A stretch of 64,000 bases of DNA from an uncultured Acidobacteriaceae bacterium (GTDB lineage Bacteria > Acidobacteriota > Terriglobia > Terriglobales > Acidobacteriaceae): contig CAWDJN010000008.1 of NCBI GenBank assembly GCA_963802695.1, forward strand, positions 13,778-77,777, in the 5' to 3' direction. The notes under the pieces were generated by a model. The model searched no databases and was not told the DNA's origin. It worked only from the letters and a program-made list of their open reading frames with translations. Of this stretch, positions 9,752 to 20,499 are shown piece by piece. The translations under genes and the position numbers were made by a program. Each line of letters opens with the position of its first letter. Position 1 is the first letter of the stretch.

Positions 9752-11653
9752 CTAGGGCAACTCCGGCTTATTGCGGAGCTTCGGGTACCAGGTCAGCTGG
9801 AATGCGATCGAAGTATTCTTCTGCAAACCAGGTTTGTAAACCGGTGCCTTCCAGCCTTCGTATTGCACCCAGGAATTTAATTCAACTTCTTTTCCCAGCC
9901 GTTTCACGATGCTCGCCTTGAACTGGTTCTGCGTCGTGCCGCCGGGAATAAAGTTGAAGGGCGTCTTCTTATTGAGATAAGAGAACTGCACCCACTCATC
10001 TCCGGAAAGGTGATAGGTTAGCCATGCCTGCCCACCCTTGGCCTCTCGGCCAATCCAATCACCCATGATGAATCCCTTGTTGGTGTATCCCTGTAGCTGG
10101 ATGACCTCCCAATAAGCAAACTGCCCCGCGTGGGCGGGCGAAACGCCGGGATCGGTTGACACTGCCTCTACCCTGAAATCGAATTTGTTCAACTTGGGAA
10201 TCTGGGAGACGTACAGGCCCGTTCTGTACGATGCGCGTCGCGGAGCGCTGATCGGCGTCACATCGTCGTGGCTGATCGAGTCCATATAAAACGTAACGTA
10301 CTTTCTCAAATATGGCAGCCGGTAAGAGGCGCTAAAGTCGCTGAATCGAGCCCCCGGATCGTTACGCGAGTTCTTTTCCTCCCCAGAGGTATCGTTCGTG
10401 TCGTAGAAACTATGCCAGAACGTCCCCAGCGTGACGGGGGCGTGTCCCGCACCGCCCCAGATCACTGTCCGCTGAAACGCGAATTCGAAGTTGACTGTCG
10501 GCCGAAACGAAAACATCTCCTCATGGAACCAGGGTGCTCGCGGAACCTGGTGCCCTTTCAGGCTGCCTACAGAAAAGTCGTACCGAACGGGCCCGAGCAG
10601 TTTCGAAAGGAACTTGATATTCAATGGCTCTACTCGGTTAACGCGGAAGGAATAGACATCTTCCGCGTTATTCGACCACGCCATCGCACTTCCCGCAGCC
10701 GGCCCCATCCACGAGTCGGTCTTCCCACCGGATATCTCGTGCCCAAGTACATGAACCGAGGCATACGCCTCAACTAGCCGAAAGGGATTTTCCGCAGAGA
10801 TTGGGCCTTGCGGTATCGTGTCCTGCGGCCCCGTATACGCGATCTCATCGATGATGGAGAGCTGCCTCGCGAGTTCAGGAGAATATCCGACCGCAGAAGG
10901 TGAGTGCTGGTACTCTCCTCTGACGTAGAGCGAAAGAGGTCCCCATTCTTCCAGAGTGGAAGCGCCTGCTATCGCGTTGAATCCCGTTTGGTATGGCCGG
11001 CCGTAGTCGTTGCTTATCGTCTGGCCCAGGTGGTAACTGTCTACCAGTATTGGGCCGTCGATCCCAAGGAATCGGGTATAGGAAGTGTCCAGTCCATAGA
11101 CTAGCCCTCGATCAGCCCGGCCATCCGGCACTTCTGCACGTAGATAGCCCAGTATCTTTACAAAAATATCCTGCGCCTGTTCGTTGTCACTCTCCATGAT
11201 GGCATCCTTCGATGCCAGCAGCATGTGCAACACGCTTCGACGTGTGTATGGCCGCATGCTCAGGTACATTGTGTTGACAAAGCCCATCCCATACAGGCGC
11301 GTCAATTCCGGATAAACCCAGCTATCCATCGGAATGTAGGCGGACCCAAGTCGGTCTGGTGGTGGCTTCTCCGGCACGGGGGCGTAGGGAGCGTAACCCA
11401 CAACGGGGGATTGCGGATTAGGCGTCTCAGGAGGCACAACCGGAGGTCCTTTCTGCGCCGGAGCAGGTACAGAGGGAGCTTGCTGTGGCGGTTGTGTTCC
11501 GTATCCTGGAACAGCCGGGCCTGCATTAGGGGCGGGAGTCGGAACAGGTGCGGATTCAGGGGCAGGATTCGGGGCGGGTGTCTGCGAGAGAGCAGTTGAC
11601 GTAAAACACAGAACTACAGTCGCAAAAGAAAGAAAGAAGCCCTTGGTCCGCAC
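9752..11653 (-). CDS. wzi: Capsule assembly Wzi-family outer-membrane protein
   Basis: Signal peptide, Pro-rich linker, MRPYTR, WMGP...SNNA motif, beta-rich body. Likely GTG start at 11653 after GAGG. Confidence 0.78.
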   Translation of the reverse strand: MRTKGFFLSFATVVLCFTSTALSQTPAPNPAPESAPVPTPAPNAGPAVPGYGTQPPQQAPSVPAPAQKGPPVVPPETPNPQSPVVGYAPYAPVPEKPPPDRLGSAYIPMDSWVYPELTRLYGMGFVNTMYLSMRPYTRRSVLHMLLASKDAIMESDNEQAQDIFVKILGYLRAEVPDGRADRGLVYGLDTSYTRFLGIDGPILVDSYHLGQTISNDYGRPYQTGFNAIAGASTLEEWGPLSLYVRGEYQHSPSAVGYSPELARQLSIIDEIAYTGPQDTIPQGPISAENPFRLVEAYASVHVLGHEISGGKTDSWMGPAAGSAMAWSNNAEDVYSFRVNRVEPLNIKFLSKLLGPVRYDFSVGSLKGHQVPRAPWFHEEMFSFRPTVNFEFAFQRTVIWGGAGHAPVTLGTFWHSFYDTNDTSGEEKNSRNDPGARFSDFSASYRLPYLRKYVTFYMDSISHDDVTPISAPRRASYRTGLYVSQIPKLNKFDFRVEAVSTDPGVSPAHAGQFAYWEVIQLQGYTNKGFIMGDWIGREAKGGQAWLTYHLSGDEWVQFSYLNKKTPFNFIPGGTTQNQFKASIVKRLGKEVELNSWVQYEGWKAPVYKPGLQKNTSIAFQLTWYPKLRNKPELP

Positions 11654-11750
11654 TCGCACCTCAATACCAGCTGCTGAACTGCAGCCTCCAGTGTAAACGC
11701 CTGCTCCCCTAAATCGCGGCCGCAATGAGATGGCTTCTGAATCCAATGCT

Positions 11751-12613
11751 TTAGTGTCTCGCCGCCGTAATCCGCCGGCGAAGTCTGTCGCCTGCCTTTT
11801 GCCGCCAGGCCTTGGTGCAGACATTGCGGCGAACCAGAATATCTCCCAATTGAACCAAAGGATCGACTGCCACTTCCTTGCCTTTAGCCGGATGGCTGAA
11901 CTCCAGGCATTCAATCAACACCGGCCCATCGCCGCCGCGAATTCGCCCCATAGATTCCTGTGCCACCCGATACACTGCCACCGCATCTCCAGCGTCTACA
12001 GGGATTCCAGGAACTCCCCACCGCCGCGCCTTGTCGCTCAAGTTCTCGTGGACGCTGACCTTTCCTCTCTTCGCCGCGGGAAGCACCACAAAAATCATAG
12101 GCAACTCCAGCCTCGAAGCCAGTGAAAGCAGCCGTTGCCAAACCCCTTTGGAGACGCTGCCACGGCGTACGTATGCAACAACAACATTCGGCTGTCCCAG
12201 TACCTTAAGGACAGCGCCGCTCCCATTGCGATTGTCAACCGCTCGCCGGCATCGTCAATCCATGGCAGCAGACGTCCGGGGACCCCAGCAGTGTTGGGCT
12301 TTTTTACCTTCTTCCCAGACCTAAACGCGGCAACCCGCTCAAGAATGGAGCTGACTTTCTGGCCGGTAAGCAGGTCCATCACAAAACCAGGTTGGAAGTC
12401 GATAATAAGGTCTCCGGGCCGCAGATCGATCGCCGTGCTGACCCGGCAAGCCTCCTCGCCGCGAACTGAATCGAGCCGCCGTCGTCCCTTGGAAGCTCCT
12501 TGCAACCTCAAAATATGGTCGTCCAGCACCCTCGCTTCGGCCATCGCCAAATAGATTTGCCGCAGTTTCTTGTTCGGCACCAGCGGATTCTCATGCAGCT
12601 CTGCTTTGCTCAA
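11751..12613 (-). pseudogene. Degenerate 2-oxoacid dehydrogenase E1-alpha-like protein, one frameshift (~12205)
   Basis: LRQIYLAMAEAR, GEEAC, then LELPMIFVV, GVPGIPVDAGDAVAVYRVAQES...GDGPVLIEC in a second frame. Confidence 0.7.
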
Positions 12614-12675
12614 CCATCCCTCCGTCCAAAAAGAGAGGGTTCCGAAGAACCCTCTGCAGTGCAATTCCAATCGTT

Positions 12676-15339
12676 CTAAGCTTTGACCGGGTCGGATCCT
12701 TCCACATTCAACCCCAGCTCTTCCATTGCGGTCTGCGCAGCCTTCCCATCGAACTTGCCCTCCCGGGCCAGCTTCGAGAGCGTAGCGCCAACGATCGATG
12801 CGGCGTTTATCTCAAAGTGCTGCCTCAGATGTTCGCGATTGTCGCTCCGTCCAAAACCATCGGTCCCCAAAGTGACAAGGCGAGACGGCAGCCAGGGCGA
12901 CAACATATCCGGTACCGACTTCATATAATCGCTTGCCGCAATCACTGGTCCCTTTGCGTCCCCAAGGGCCGTCAGCAAATAGGGTGTCCGCTCCTTTTCG
13001 GCCGGATGCAGGCGGTTCCAACGTTCCGCCGCCAATGCATCGCGCCTCAACTCGGTATAGCTTGTCACGCTCCAAACGTCCGCATGCACGCCGTACTTCG
13101 ATGCCAGGAGCTCCTGCGCACGGAGAACTTCATTCAAAATCGGACCGCTGCCGAACAACTGGGCCACTGCCTCGCCGGCAGCGGGTTTCAGCTTATACAT
13201 CCCGCGCAGAATGCCCTCAGCCGAGCCCTCCGGCATCGCCGGCATGGCATAGTCTTCGTTGTACATCATGAGGTAGTAGAAGCAGTCTTCGCCCTTTTCG
13301 TACATTCGGCGGATTCCATCCTGAATGATGACCGCCATCTCATACACATAGGCGGAATCGTACGTGATGCATGTCGGGACAGTGCTCGCCAGCACAATGC
13401 TGTGCCCATCCTGATGCTGCAACCCCTCCCCAAGCATCGTGGTACGTCCGGCAGTGCCGCCCATCAGGAAGCCCTTGCCGCGCGAGTCCGCAAACGCCCA
13501 CACCATGTCTCCGATGCGCTGAAATCCAAACATCGAGTAGTACATGTAGAAGGGAATCGTGGAGACCCCGTAGTTCGCATAGGCCGTCCCCGCCGCCGTA
13601 AACGACGCCATCGACCCAGCCTCCGTTATCCCTTCTTCGAGGATCTGACCGTCCTTCTCCTCGCGGTAGCTCAGCAGCATGTCCTTGTCATGAGGCTCAT
13701 ACTTTTGCCCCTCGGGAGCATAGATGCCAACTTGCTTGATCGCCGACTCCAACCCGAAAGTCCTGCCTTCATCTGGAACAATCGGCACAATCAACTTGCC
13801 GATAGATGGATCCTTCATCAGGTGTCGCAGGATGCTCACAAACCCCATCGTCGTCGACACAGCGCGGTTGTTCGACCCAGCCGTCCATTCGCGGAACACC
13901 TCCAGACCAGGAGCTTTGAACTCCGTCTTCCGCACTTCGCGGACCGGCAGATACCCTCCCAGTTCCTTGCGCCGTGCCTGCATGTACTGAAGCTCCGGCG
14001 AATCAGCAGCCGGCCGGTAGAACGACCCATCCTTCGCAGCCTTCTCCGGAATCGGAATATCGAATTGCTTCACAAACGCAGCCAGGCCTTCATCCGTCAG
14101 CTTCTTCTCATTGTGCGTCGCATTGCGAGACTGCGACGTTCCCATCCCATAACCTTTCACAGTCTTGGCCAGGATCACCGTCGGCCCGCCCTTATGTTCC
14201 ATCGCCCACTTGTACGCGTTGTAGATCTTCGCCGGATCATGCCCGCCGCGGTGCAGCCTCAACAACTGCTCGTCGGTGTAGTCCTTCACCAGCTCCAGCA
14301 ACTCAGGGTACTTCCCAAAGAAGTGACTCCGAAGGAAAGCGCCATCCTTGGCCTTATAGGTCTGAAAGTCGCCATCAACGCACTCTTCCATCCGTCGCAG
14401 CAGCAGTCCGGTATGGTCACGTTCAAACAGCGCATCCCAATCCGATCCCCAGATCACTTTGATGACGTTCCATCCCGCCCCGCGGAACACCCCTTCCAAT
14501 TCATCGATGATCCGCTTGTTTCCGCGCACTGGCCCATCCAGCCGCTGCAGGTTGCAGTTCACCACAAAGATGAGATTGTCCAGCTTCTCCCGCGCCCCAA
14601 GCGAAATCGCACCAAGCGAATCAACCTCGTCCGTCTCACCATCTCCAAGGAACGCCCACACCTTGCGCTCTGTCGGCTCAATCAGCTTCCGGTTCTCCAG
14701 ATACCGCATAAACCGAGCCTGATAGATCGCATTCAGCGGCCCGATCCCCATCGACACCGTCGGAAAGTTCCAGAAATCCGGCATCAGCCACGGGTGCGGA
14801 TACGACGACAATCCCGGAGTATCTCTCAGCTCATGCCGAAAGTTCTTCAGCCGGGCCTCATCAAACCGGCCCTCTAGATAGGCCCGCGCATACACTCCCG
14901 GCGAAGCGTGCCCCTGAAAATAAACAAAATCTCCCGGCTGGTCTCCATACTTCGCGCGGAAGAAGTGATTAAATCCAACCTCCAGCAGCGTAGCCAGCGA
15001 CGAGTACGTCGAAATGTGCCCGCCAATCCCTGGGTCCTTCTTGTTCTGTCCATGCACCATCGCCATCGCGTTCCAGCGCAGCAGCGATTCCACCCTCTTC
15101 TCCAGCTTCCTGTCGCCCGGATACGGAACCTCATCGTGCTTCGGAATCGTATTCCGATACGGCGTCGTCATCTCGCTCGGCGTCGGCACCCCGGCCTCGC
15201 GAGCCCGTTGCCGCAACGCGCCCAGCAACTCCGCTCCCTGCTCCCAGTCCTGCGCAACGACGTCGTCAAACGCCTCAATCCACTCCGCAACCTCAGCACG
15301 AAAATCCTGTTTTGCGGCTTCTTCCAATTTCGTCGTCAT
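12676..15339 (-). CDS. aceE: Pyruvate dehydrogenase E1 component (homodimeric AceE type)
   Basis: GGHISTYSS, SSYPHPWLMP, GDGETDE ThDP motif, EEGITEAG, GEGLQHQDG. Confidence 0.95.
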   Translation of the reverse strand: MTTKLEEAAKQDFRAEVAEWIEAFDDVVAQDWEQGAELLGALRQRAREAGVPTPSEMTTPYRNTIPKHDEVPYPGDRKLEKRVESLLRWNAMAMVHGQNKKDPGIGGHISTYSSLATLLEVGFNHFFRAKYGDQPGDFVYFQGHASPGVYARAYLEGRFDEARLKNFRHELRDTPGLSSYPHPWLMPDFWNFPTVSMGIGPLNAIYQARFMRYLENRKLIEPTERKVWAFLGDGETDEVDSLGAISLGAREKLDNLIFVVNCNLQRLDGPVRGNKRIIDELEGVFRGAGWNVIKVIWGSDWDALFERDHTGLLLRRMEECVDGDFQTYKAKDGAFLRSHFFGKYPELLELVKDYTDEQLLRLHRGGHDPAKIYNAYKWAMEHKGGPTVILAKTVKGYGMGTSQSRNATHNEKKLTDEGLAAFVKQFDIPIPEKAAKDGSFYRPAADSPELQYMQARRKELGGYLPVREVRKTEFKAPGLEVFREWTAGSNNRAVSTTMGFVSILRHLMKDPSIGKLIVPIVPDEGRTFGLESAIKQVGIYAPEGQKYEPHDKDMLLSYREEKDGQILEEGITEAGSMASFTAAGTAYANYGVSTIPFYMYYSMFGFQRIGDMVWAFADSRGKGFLMGGTAGRTTMLGEGLQHQDGHSIVLASTVPTCITYDSAYVYEMAVIIQDGIRRMYEKGEDCFYYLMMYNEDYAMPAMPEGSAEGILRGMYKLKPAAGEAVAQLFGSGPILNEVLRAQELLASKYGVHADVWSVTSYTELRRDALAAERWNRLHPAEKERTPYLLTALGDAKGPVIAASDYMKSVPDMLSPWLPSRLVTLGTDGFGRSDNREHLRQHFEINAASIVGATLSKLAREGKFDGKAAQTAMEELGLNVEGSDPVKA

Positions 15340-15438
15340 AGTCTTCGGGAACACTCCAGTCAAAGAGATTGCTGCGACATCACCACCGGGGACGCGCAAT
15401 CGGTCACACTTATAACGATATAAGGCTTACGCGAAAAC

Positions 15439-15570
15439 GTCATCTTGGGCAGCGGAAGCAAGCGCCGAGCATCGCGAGGCCCTACACCGCTGGCCCCACC
15501 TCGACCGGTACACACGCCACGAAGTGGCCGCTCTCCGCGTAGGAGGCCCGTCCGGCAGGACACTCGCCTC
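15439..15570. repeat. Putative REP-like intergenic hairpin element(s)
   Basis: Begins CGTCATCTTG, resembling the reverse complement of the REP end in recQ; contains hairpin GCCAC-GAA-GTGGC. Confidence 0.4.
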
Positions 15571-15572
15571 TA

Positions 15573-16799
15573 CTAGCTCGAATAATCAGCATTAATCCGC
15601 ACGTACTCTTCAGTAAGGTCGCAGGTCAAAAAGCGGCATTCCGCTCGCCCAATCCCCATATCGAGCCGTATCGTATACTCCCGTTTCATCATCGCAGCAT
15701 GCGCCGCAGCCTCATTAAACAGCGGCGAACGCACCCCCAACTCGAAGACAGGCTGATCCTCGATCACGATTCTTACCAGCGACGGATCAAACGCCACACC
15801 GCTATATCCAGCCGCGGCCAGAAGCCGCCCCCAGTTCGGGTCAGCGCTCGACCAGGCCGTCTTGCACAACGGCGAATGCGCAATTGCCTTGGCGACTTGC
15901 TTCGCCTCGGCCTCCGTTCGCGCGCCGGTCACATGCAGCGTGACCACATGCCCAACGCCCTCGCCGTCGTCCACAATCTGGTACGCCAGCGAACCGCATA
16001 CCTGACGCAGCGCTTCGGAGAAGGCCTCGCCGCTCCGTTCATTCAGCTTTATCCCGCTCGCTCCGCTCGCCAGCAGCAACACCGTATCGTTTGTCGAAGT
16101 ATCGCCGTCGATAGAGATCGAATTGAAACTCCCCTCCACTGCCGGCTCCAGAAGGTCGCTCAACTCTTCGCTGTCCGCAAGAAGATCCGTAAACAAATAC
16201 ACAAGCATCGTCGCGTGCGGCGGCCCCAACTGCGGGTGAATCATCCCGGCACCCTTCCCAACTCCGAAGATCCGCACCTCCGCTCCATCCGCATCGACTG
16301 TCGCTCCTGCCACCTTCATCTTCGTATCGGTCGTCATGATCGCCCGTGCAAACATCTCCGCATGCGCCCGCGTATCCCCCAGCTCCGCCTTCAGATCAGA
16401 CAGCGCAGCAATCACGTCCTCGCCAGGAAACGGCACGCCAATTATCCCGGTCGAGGAAGGGAAGACCTCATCGAAGATGCAGCCAAAGCACTCCGCCGCC
16501 GCCGCACACGTCTTCACACAGGCATCGATCCCCGGCTGCCCGGTCGCGCAGTTTGCATTTCCTGCGTTTACCAGCACTGCCCTCACGCGCCCGCCCGTCG
16601 CCGTCAGATGCCTCCGCCCCACCGTCACCGGCGCCGCCACCACCTGGTTCTTCGTAAACATCGCCGCGCCCATCGCGCCCTTCACCGTCACCGCCGCCGC
16701 CAGATCCAGGTTGCCGCTCGTCTTGATCCCCGCTCTCACCGCGCCCCACTTGAAGCCTCGCGGAAGCGTGTCCGATCCGATCGTTTGCTCACTCTGCAT
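15573..16799 (-). CDS. argJ: Ornithine acetyltransferase / glutamate N-acetyltransferase
   Basis: NAGNANCATG, IMTTDT, KGAGMIHP...ATML, IDGDTSTNDT, DPNWGR, YVRINADY. Confidence 0.95.
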   Translation of the reverse strand: MQSEQTIGSDTLPRGFKWGAVRAGIKTSGNLDLAAAVTVKGAMGAAMFTKNQVVAAPVTVGRRHLTATGGRVRAVLVNAGNANCATGQPGIDACVKTCAAAAECFGCIFDEVFPSSTGIIGVPFPGEDVIAALSDLKAELGDTRAHAEMFARAIMTTDTKMKVAGATVDADGAEVRIFGVGKGAGMIHPQLGPPHATMLVYLFTDLLADSEELSDLLEPAVEGSFNSISIDGDTSTNDTVLLLASGASGIKLNERSGEAFSEALRQVCGSLAYQIVDDGEGVGHVVTLHVTGARTEAEAKQVAKAIAHSPLCKTAWSSADPNWGRLLAAAGYSGVAFDPSLVRIVIEDQPVFELGVRSPLFNEAAAHAAMMKREYTIRLDMGIGRAECRFLTCDLTEEYVRINADYSS

Positions 16800-16988
16800 A
16801 GTCCTACTCTATCAAGTGACTTCAGCCGTTGAGCAATGTGAGTCTCCGGCGAACAGCCTCCACTCGGTCCCCGCGTTTTCCCAGCTGGTTCCGATAGACT
16901 GAAAAGAACACAGGCAAGATAGACTTACAGGTGTGTCCGCATTCGGCTCCCACTTATTGTCGTTTCGAAAGTCAAAGGATTTTTATCT

Positions 16989-17630
16989 ATGAAGTTGCGG
17001 TTCCTCGTTCCATGTCTCGCGTTGGCTCTTTCAACCCTTGCCGCTCATGCCCAGGACAATCCGTCGCCCGTCAACCCATCGAATGCCAGCACCACCGGGG
17101 TCGGGCCGGGGGACGTAGGACTCTATGTCAACCCAGTAGGTATCCACATTACGAATTCTCAGCCAGATTTCGGCCCCTTCGCCTTCCTCGGAGACAACAC
17201 AACCTCACGCATGTTCTGGGGCGCCGACTTCGGAGGTTACGTCAATTTCTTTCATGCCCAGGGTTTCGACGCGGGCATCGACATCCGAGATGCGATCGTC
17301 ACCGGCAATAACGCTCGCCTCAACAGTTTCCTGGTAGGAGGGCGAGTCGTCGCCAAGCCGTTGGCTGAGTCTTTCAAGCCATATTTGCAACTCTCCATCG
17401 GAGCCGGTTCGTCGAAGGCCCCAACCAGCCCCGTCAAGATCACACGCTTTCAGTACGGTCTCTATGGCGGGCTGGACTACACGCTCTCCAAGCACGTCGA
17501 CTTCCGTGCATTTGAAATTGGCTATGGTTCGGCCTCCACGATCAACAGCGGAAACTTCAACGGTACGGTCTCATTTCCCGCGTCGAGACTGCTCAGCATT
17601 AGCTGGGGACTGGTCTTCCGCGTACCGTAA
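16989..17630 (+). CDS. Outer-membrane beta-barrel protein
   Basis: Signal peptide (AAHA-Q), alternating aromatic beta-strands, GGLDY, terminal GLVFR. Confidence 0.75.
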   Translation: MKLRFLVPCLALALSTLAAHAQDNPSPVNPSNASTTGVGPGDVGLYVNPVGIHITNSQPDFGPFAFLGDNTTSRMFWGADFGGYVNFFHAQGFDAGIDIRDAIVTGNNARLNSFLVGGRVVAKPLAESFKPYLQLSIGAGSSKAPTSPVKITRFQYGLYGGLDYTLSKHVDFRAFEIGYGSASTINSGNFNGTVSFPASRLLSISWGLVFRVP

Positions 17631-17653
17631 CGAAAAATTGATCCAGAGCAGAT

Positions 17654-17680
17654 GTGGAACCGGCGGATGAGGCCGGTCCA
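17654..17680. terminator. Hairpin between convergent genes
   Basis: GTGGAACCGGC...GCCGGTCCAC inverted repeat; no strong U-tract. Confidence 0.45.
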
Positions 17681-17694
17681 CATTCCACTGCATC

Positions 17695-18252
17695 CTAGGG
17701 TTTGGTTTCGGTGACGCGGATAATAACGATCTTCGAGCCGTTACCATCGGGGGTGACCGTCACCGTGACGCTGTTCTTATCCTTTTCTCCCGCCGACAGC
17801 ATGGTCCCGTCGCCCGTCTGAAAGATAGAAGCCTGATCGCCGAGTTTCTCTTTGTAGAAAGCAATGACCTTGTCAGAGGAATCGGAACTGGTGAAGACCG
17901 ACGTGACCATCGATCCGTTTGGCGTCTTCATGTTCATCGATCCGCTATTTGTGCTCGACGCGCCAGGATAAAGAGCAGTGCCAAGATCCGCAGCGCTCAC
18001 GTTGGCCGACCGGCCCGTGGTGATCGTGCCTTCGGACGTCGAGATGCTTACGTCGCCGTTACTGTTCTTATGAACAGCCTTGGAAACCCGGTAGACGCCA
18101 AAGCCAACGACGCTGGCGGCAATAACCCCAAGCAGCACAAAGACGCCGATCACAATCAGAACGATCTTGAGTACGTTATTACTGGAGCTCGCACGCGGGG
18201 GTGGGACGCTCTGATACGCCGGACTGGGCGGAAGGGGAGTGCCAGTGCTCAT
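17695..18252 (-). CDS. Hypothetical single-pass membrane protein
   Basis: Pro-rich N-terminus, TM helix, LYPGA...VIAFYKEKL periplasmic domain; SD GAGG upstream. Confidence 0.75.
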   Translation of the reverse strand: MSTGTPLPPSPAYQSVPPPRASSSNNVLKIVLIVIGVFVLLGVIAASVVGFGVYRVSKAVHKNSNGDVSISTSEGTITTGRSANVSAADLGTALYPGASSTNSGSMNMKTPNGSMVTSVFTSSDSSDKVIAFYKEKLGDQASIFQTGDGTMLSAGEKDKNSVTVTVTPDGNGSKIVIIRVTETKP

Positions 18253-18429
18253 AGTGACACCTCACAAACGAATTCGTGCCAGAATGCTTTCGTATCGACC
18301 ATGTAGTTCTCCTTTTTTTGCGCAAATCTGAGTGAAACCAGCAGACAGAAGGGCGACAGGTGCCGCTATCCCTTATTCGCTGGAGGCCACGGGAAGGAAG
18401 AAACGAAGTCGATAGAAAAGTTAGAAGTG

Positions 18430-19788
18430 CTAGCGAGGGACGAGCCGCATCATCATCGGATCGCGGGGACGCAGCGTGATCTTCGCCTGTGGAACGGGTG
18501 CAGATGTGCCGAGATAGTCCATACGCCATCCCTGGGCGATGGTGGCGATTGAGAGAACTCCTTCCATCCAGGCGAAACTCTCGCCGATACACTGACGGTT
18601 GCCTCCGCCAAAGGGGAAGTAAACGAATTTAGGGCGGACCGCCTTGGCCTCAGGCGAGAAACGTTCCGGATCGAACCGCAGCGGGTCCGGAAAATACTGC
18701 GCATCGCGGCCCATAATGTATTGGCTGAAAAAGAAGTGGGCACCCGGCGGAATGCGATAAGGCCCGAGGGTCACCGGCCTGGTCGACATGCGGCCCATCG
18801 CCCACGCCGGCGGATACAGACGCATCGATTCGGCGAACACCTGTTCGGTGTAGCGGAGATTGGAATAATCGGCGAGAGTTGGAAGGCGACGCTGGTCGCC
18901 CGTCCCCAGAACCGCGTCAAGTTCGGCATGGAGTCGCGCTTCGATCGCCGGATTCTGCGAGAGCAGATACCAGGTCCATGTCAACCCATTCGCGACAGTC
19001 TCATATCCCGCGAGAAAGATCGTAAGAACCTCGTCGCGCACCTGCGCGTCAGACATTCGCATCGGAGCGCCAGGATCGCCGTCGTGCTCATACGTGCTCG
19101 CAAGGAGCATGGAAAGTAGATCGCCCTTGTCCACACCGGCCTCGCGATGCTCCCTGATAAGTTGGCCGACGATAACGTCAAGGCGCGCCTTCGCTTTGCG
19201 AAACTTGATGATGCCCGGGATGGGCAGATGAAGGGCGTCATTCAATCTCGGGAATGCAACGATGAAGTTATAGATCCCCATGATCGTATTGACCTCATCG
19301 TTGATACTTCGAATCTCCGGAGTCACCTCCGTATTGAACAGAGTGCGAGCAACGATCTCGAGCGAAACCTGCATGCACGCAGCGGCAATATCGATCTCCT
19401 GATCGGGTCGCCAGGTCTCGCGCAGGCCCGCGGCACAGGCAACGATCTGGTCCGCGTAAGCGCTGATGCGTTGTCGATGAAAGGCTGGTGCGACGATCTT
19501 GCGCTGTCGCATGTGAATCGGATCGTCGGAGGTGATCAAGCCCTCGCCAAGCAGAATCTTCATCCGCCGGACAGTCCGCTCCTTCACGAAAGCAGAGGCC
19601 TGATTGACGAGCACCTCGCGAACATAGGCCGGATCGTTCAGAAAAACGATCGGAGTTCCCATAAACCTGTAGCAGGCGATGTTGCCGTAGGTCTTCAGCA
19701 GGTGTTCGAAAAGGAGAATCGGGCGGCCGAGCTTAACCCAGGGCTTGAATGCATAAAAGGGAAGAGAGTGTTTTAGCCCGGGCGGCAA
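18430..19788 (-). CDS. Cytochrome P450
   Basis: AGYETVA I-helix, ESMRLYPP, PERF, FGGGNRQCIG heme motif. True start may be ATG 19864 via a frameshift. Confidence 0.93.
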   Translation of the reverse strand: MPPGLKHSLPFYAFKPWVKLGRPILLFEHLLKTYGNIACYRFMGTPIVFLNDPAYVREVLVNQASAFVKERTVRRMKILLGEGLITSDDPIHMRQRKIVAPAFHRQRISAYADQIVACAAGLRETWRPDQEIDIAAACMQVSLEIVARTLFNTEVTPEIRSINDEVNTIMGIYNFIVAFPRLNDALHLPIPGIIKFRKAKARLDVIVGQLIREHREAGVDKGDLLSMLLASTYEHDGDPGAPMRMSDAQVRDEVLTIFLAGYETVANGLTWTWYLLSQNPAIEARLHAELDAVLGTGDQRRLPTLADYSNLRYTEQVFAESMRLYPPAWAMGRMSTRPVTLGPYRIPPGAHFFFSQYIMGRDAQYFPDPLRFDPERFSPEAKAVRPKFVYFPFGGGNRQCIGESFAWMEGVLSIATIAQGWRMDYLGTSAPVPQAKITLRPRDPMMMRLVPR

Positions 19789-19994
19789 ACGCCACTCTTC
19801 CTCACCGACGACAGGACACCGTCTCTTCCGGCAAAACTTCGCGGGTTGGATGAGAAGTAGCCATTTTCCCAGTTTGACTCAAGACGTGACAGTGACGCGA
19901 GCCCTGTAAAGAAAGCCTTCCTCTCCCGCCGCAAAAACTCCGCCCGTTTTTTAGTGGTCATCCCACTACCCGAATTATTTTCCGCGTTTCAGCC

Positions 19995-20060
19995 GGGTGC
20001 CCATCTTCGCGACGGTCTTATCGTCGCTAAGGTGGGCAATTTTCGCGGCGGCGAAAATCC
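19995..20060. repeat. REP-like nested palindrome
   Basis: CCCATCTT-CGCGACG-GTCTTA-TCGTCGC-TAAGGTGGG followed by TTTTCGC-GGCG-GCGAAAA. Confidence 0.6.
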
Positions 20061-20179
20061 CGACCGTCTTCAACCCACCCATGCCGCTAGGAGTCCAAAA
20101 GGATACCAACAGATTTCGGCCAGGATCGCTGCATTCACTGCTTCCCGCAAAAAGCTGATTTCAAAGTCCTTACTGCCCA

Positions 20180-20482
20180 GCCAAATTATTTTTCGCGTTT
20201 TCAGCCCAGAAATCGCATGTCAAGTCCCAAAACCATCTAACCCCTTACTATCCAACGACATCCAAGTTGAATTTTAGTTAGCCTCAAACAGGTATTCTTA
20301 ACAATAGGGGGCAGAAAATCTCGGACAAACCGGATTCCAAACCAAAGGCACACCGTAAAGCGTTTATTATCAATATTTTGACACGTAACCCCTTTGGGAT
20401 GAATATTTTAGGTCCATCCAAAATCACTAAGCGCTTTAGGTTGATAACTTTACGTAGCTACATAGGGGGAGGGGGGTACCCC
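20180..20482. repeat. AT-rich intergenic element ending in GGGGAGGGGGGTACCCC
   Basis: 17-mer at 20466-20482 is the exact reverse complement of 33012-33028; left boundary approximate. Confidence 0.5.
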
Positions 20483-20499
20483 AATCAAAACGGTCGTGG

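Noticed and set aside
12817-14877. 686-aa plus-strand ORF
   Set aside because: Antisense shadow of aceE with no recognisable motifs; expected from codon bias
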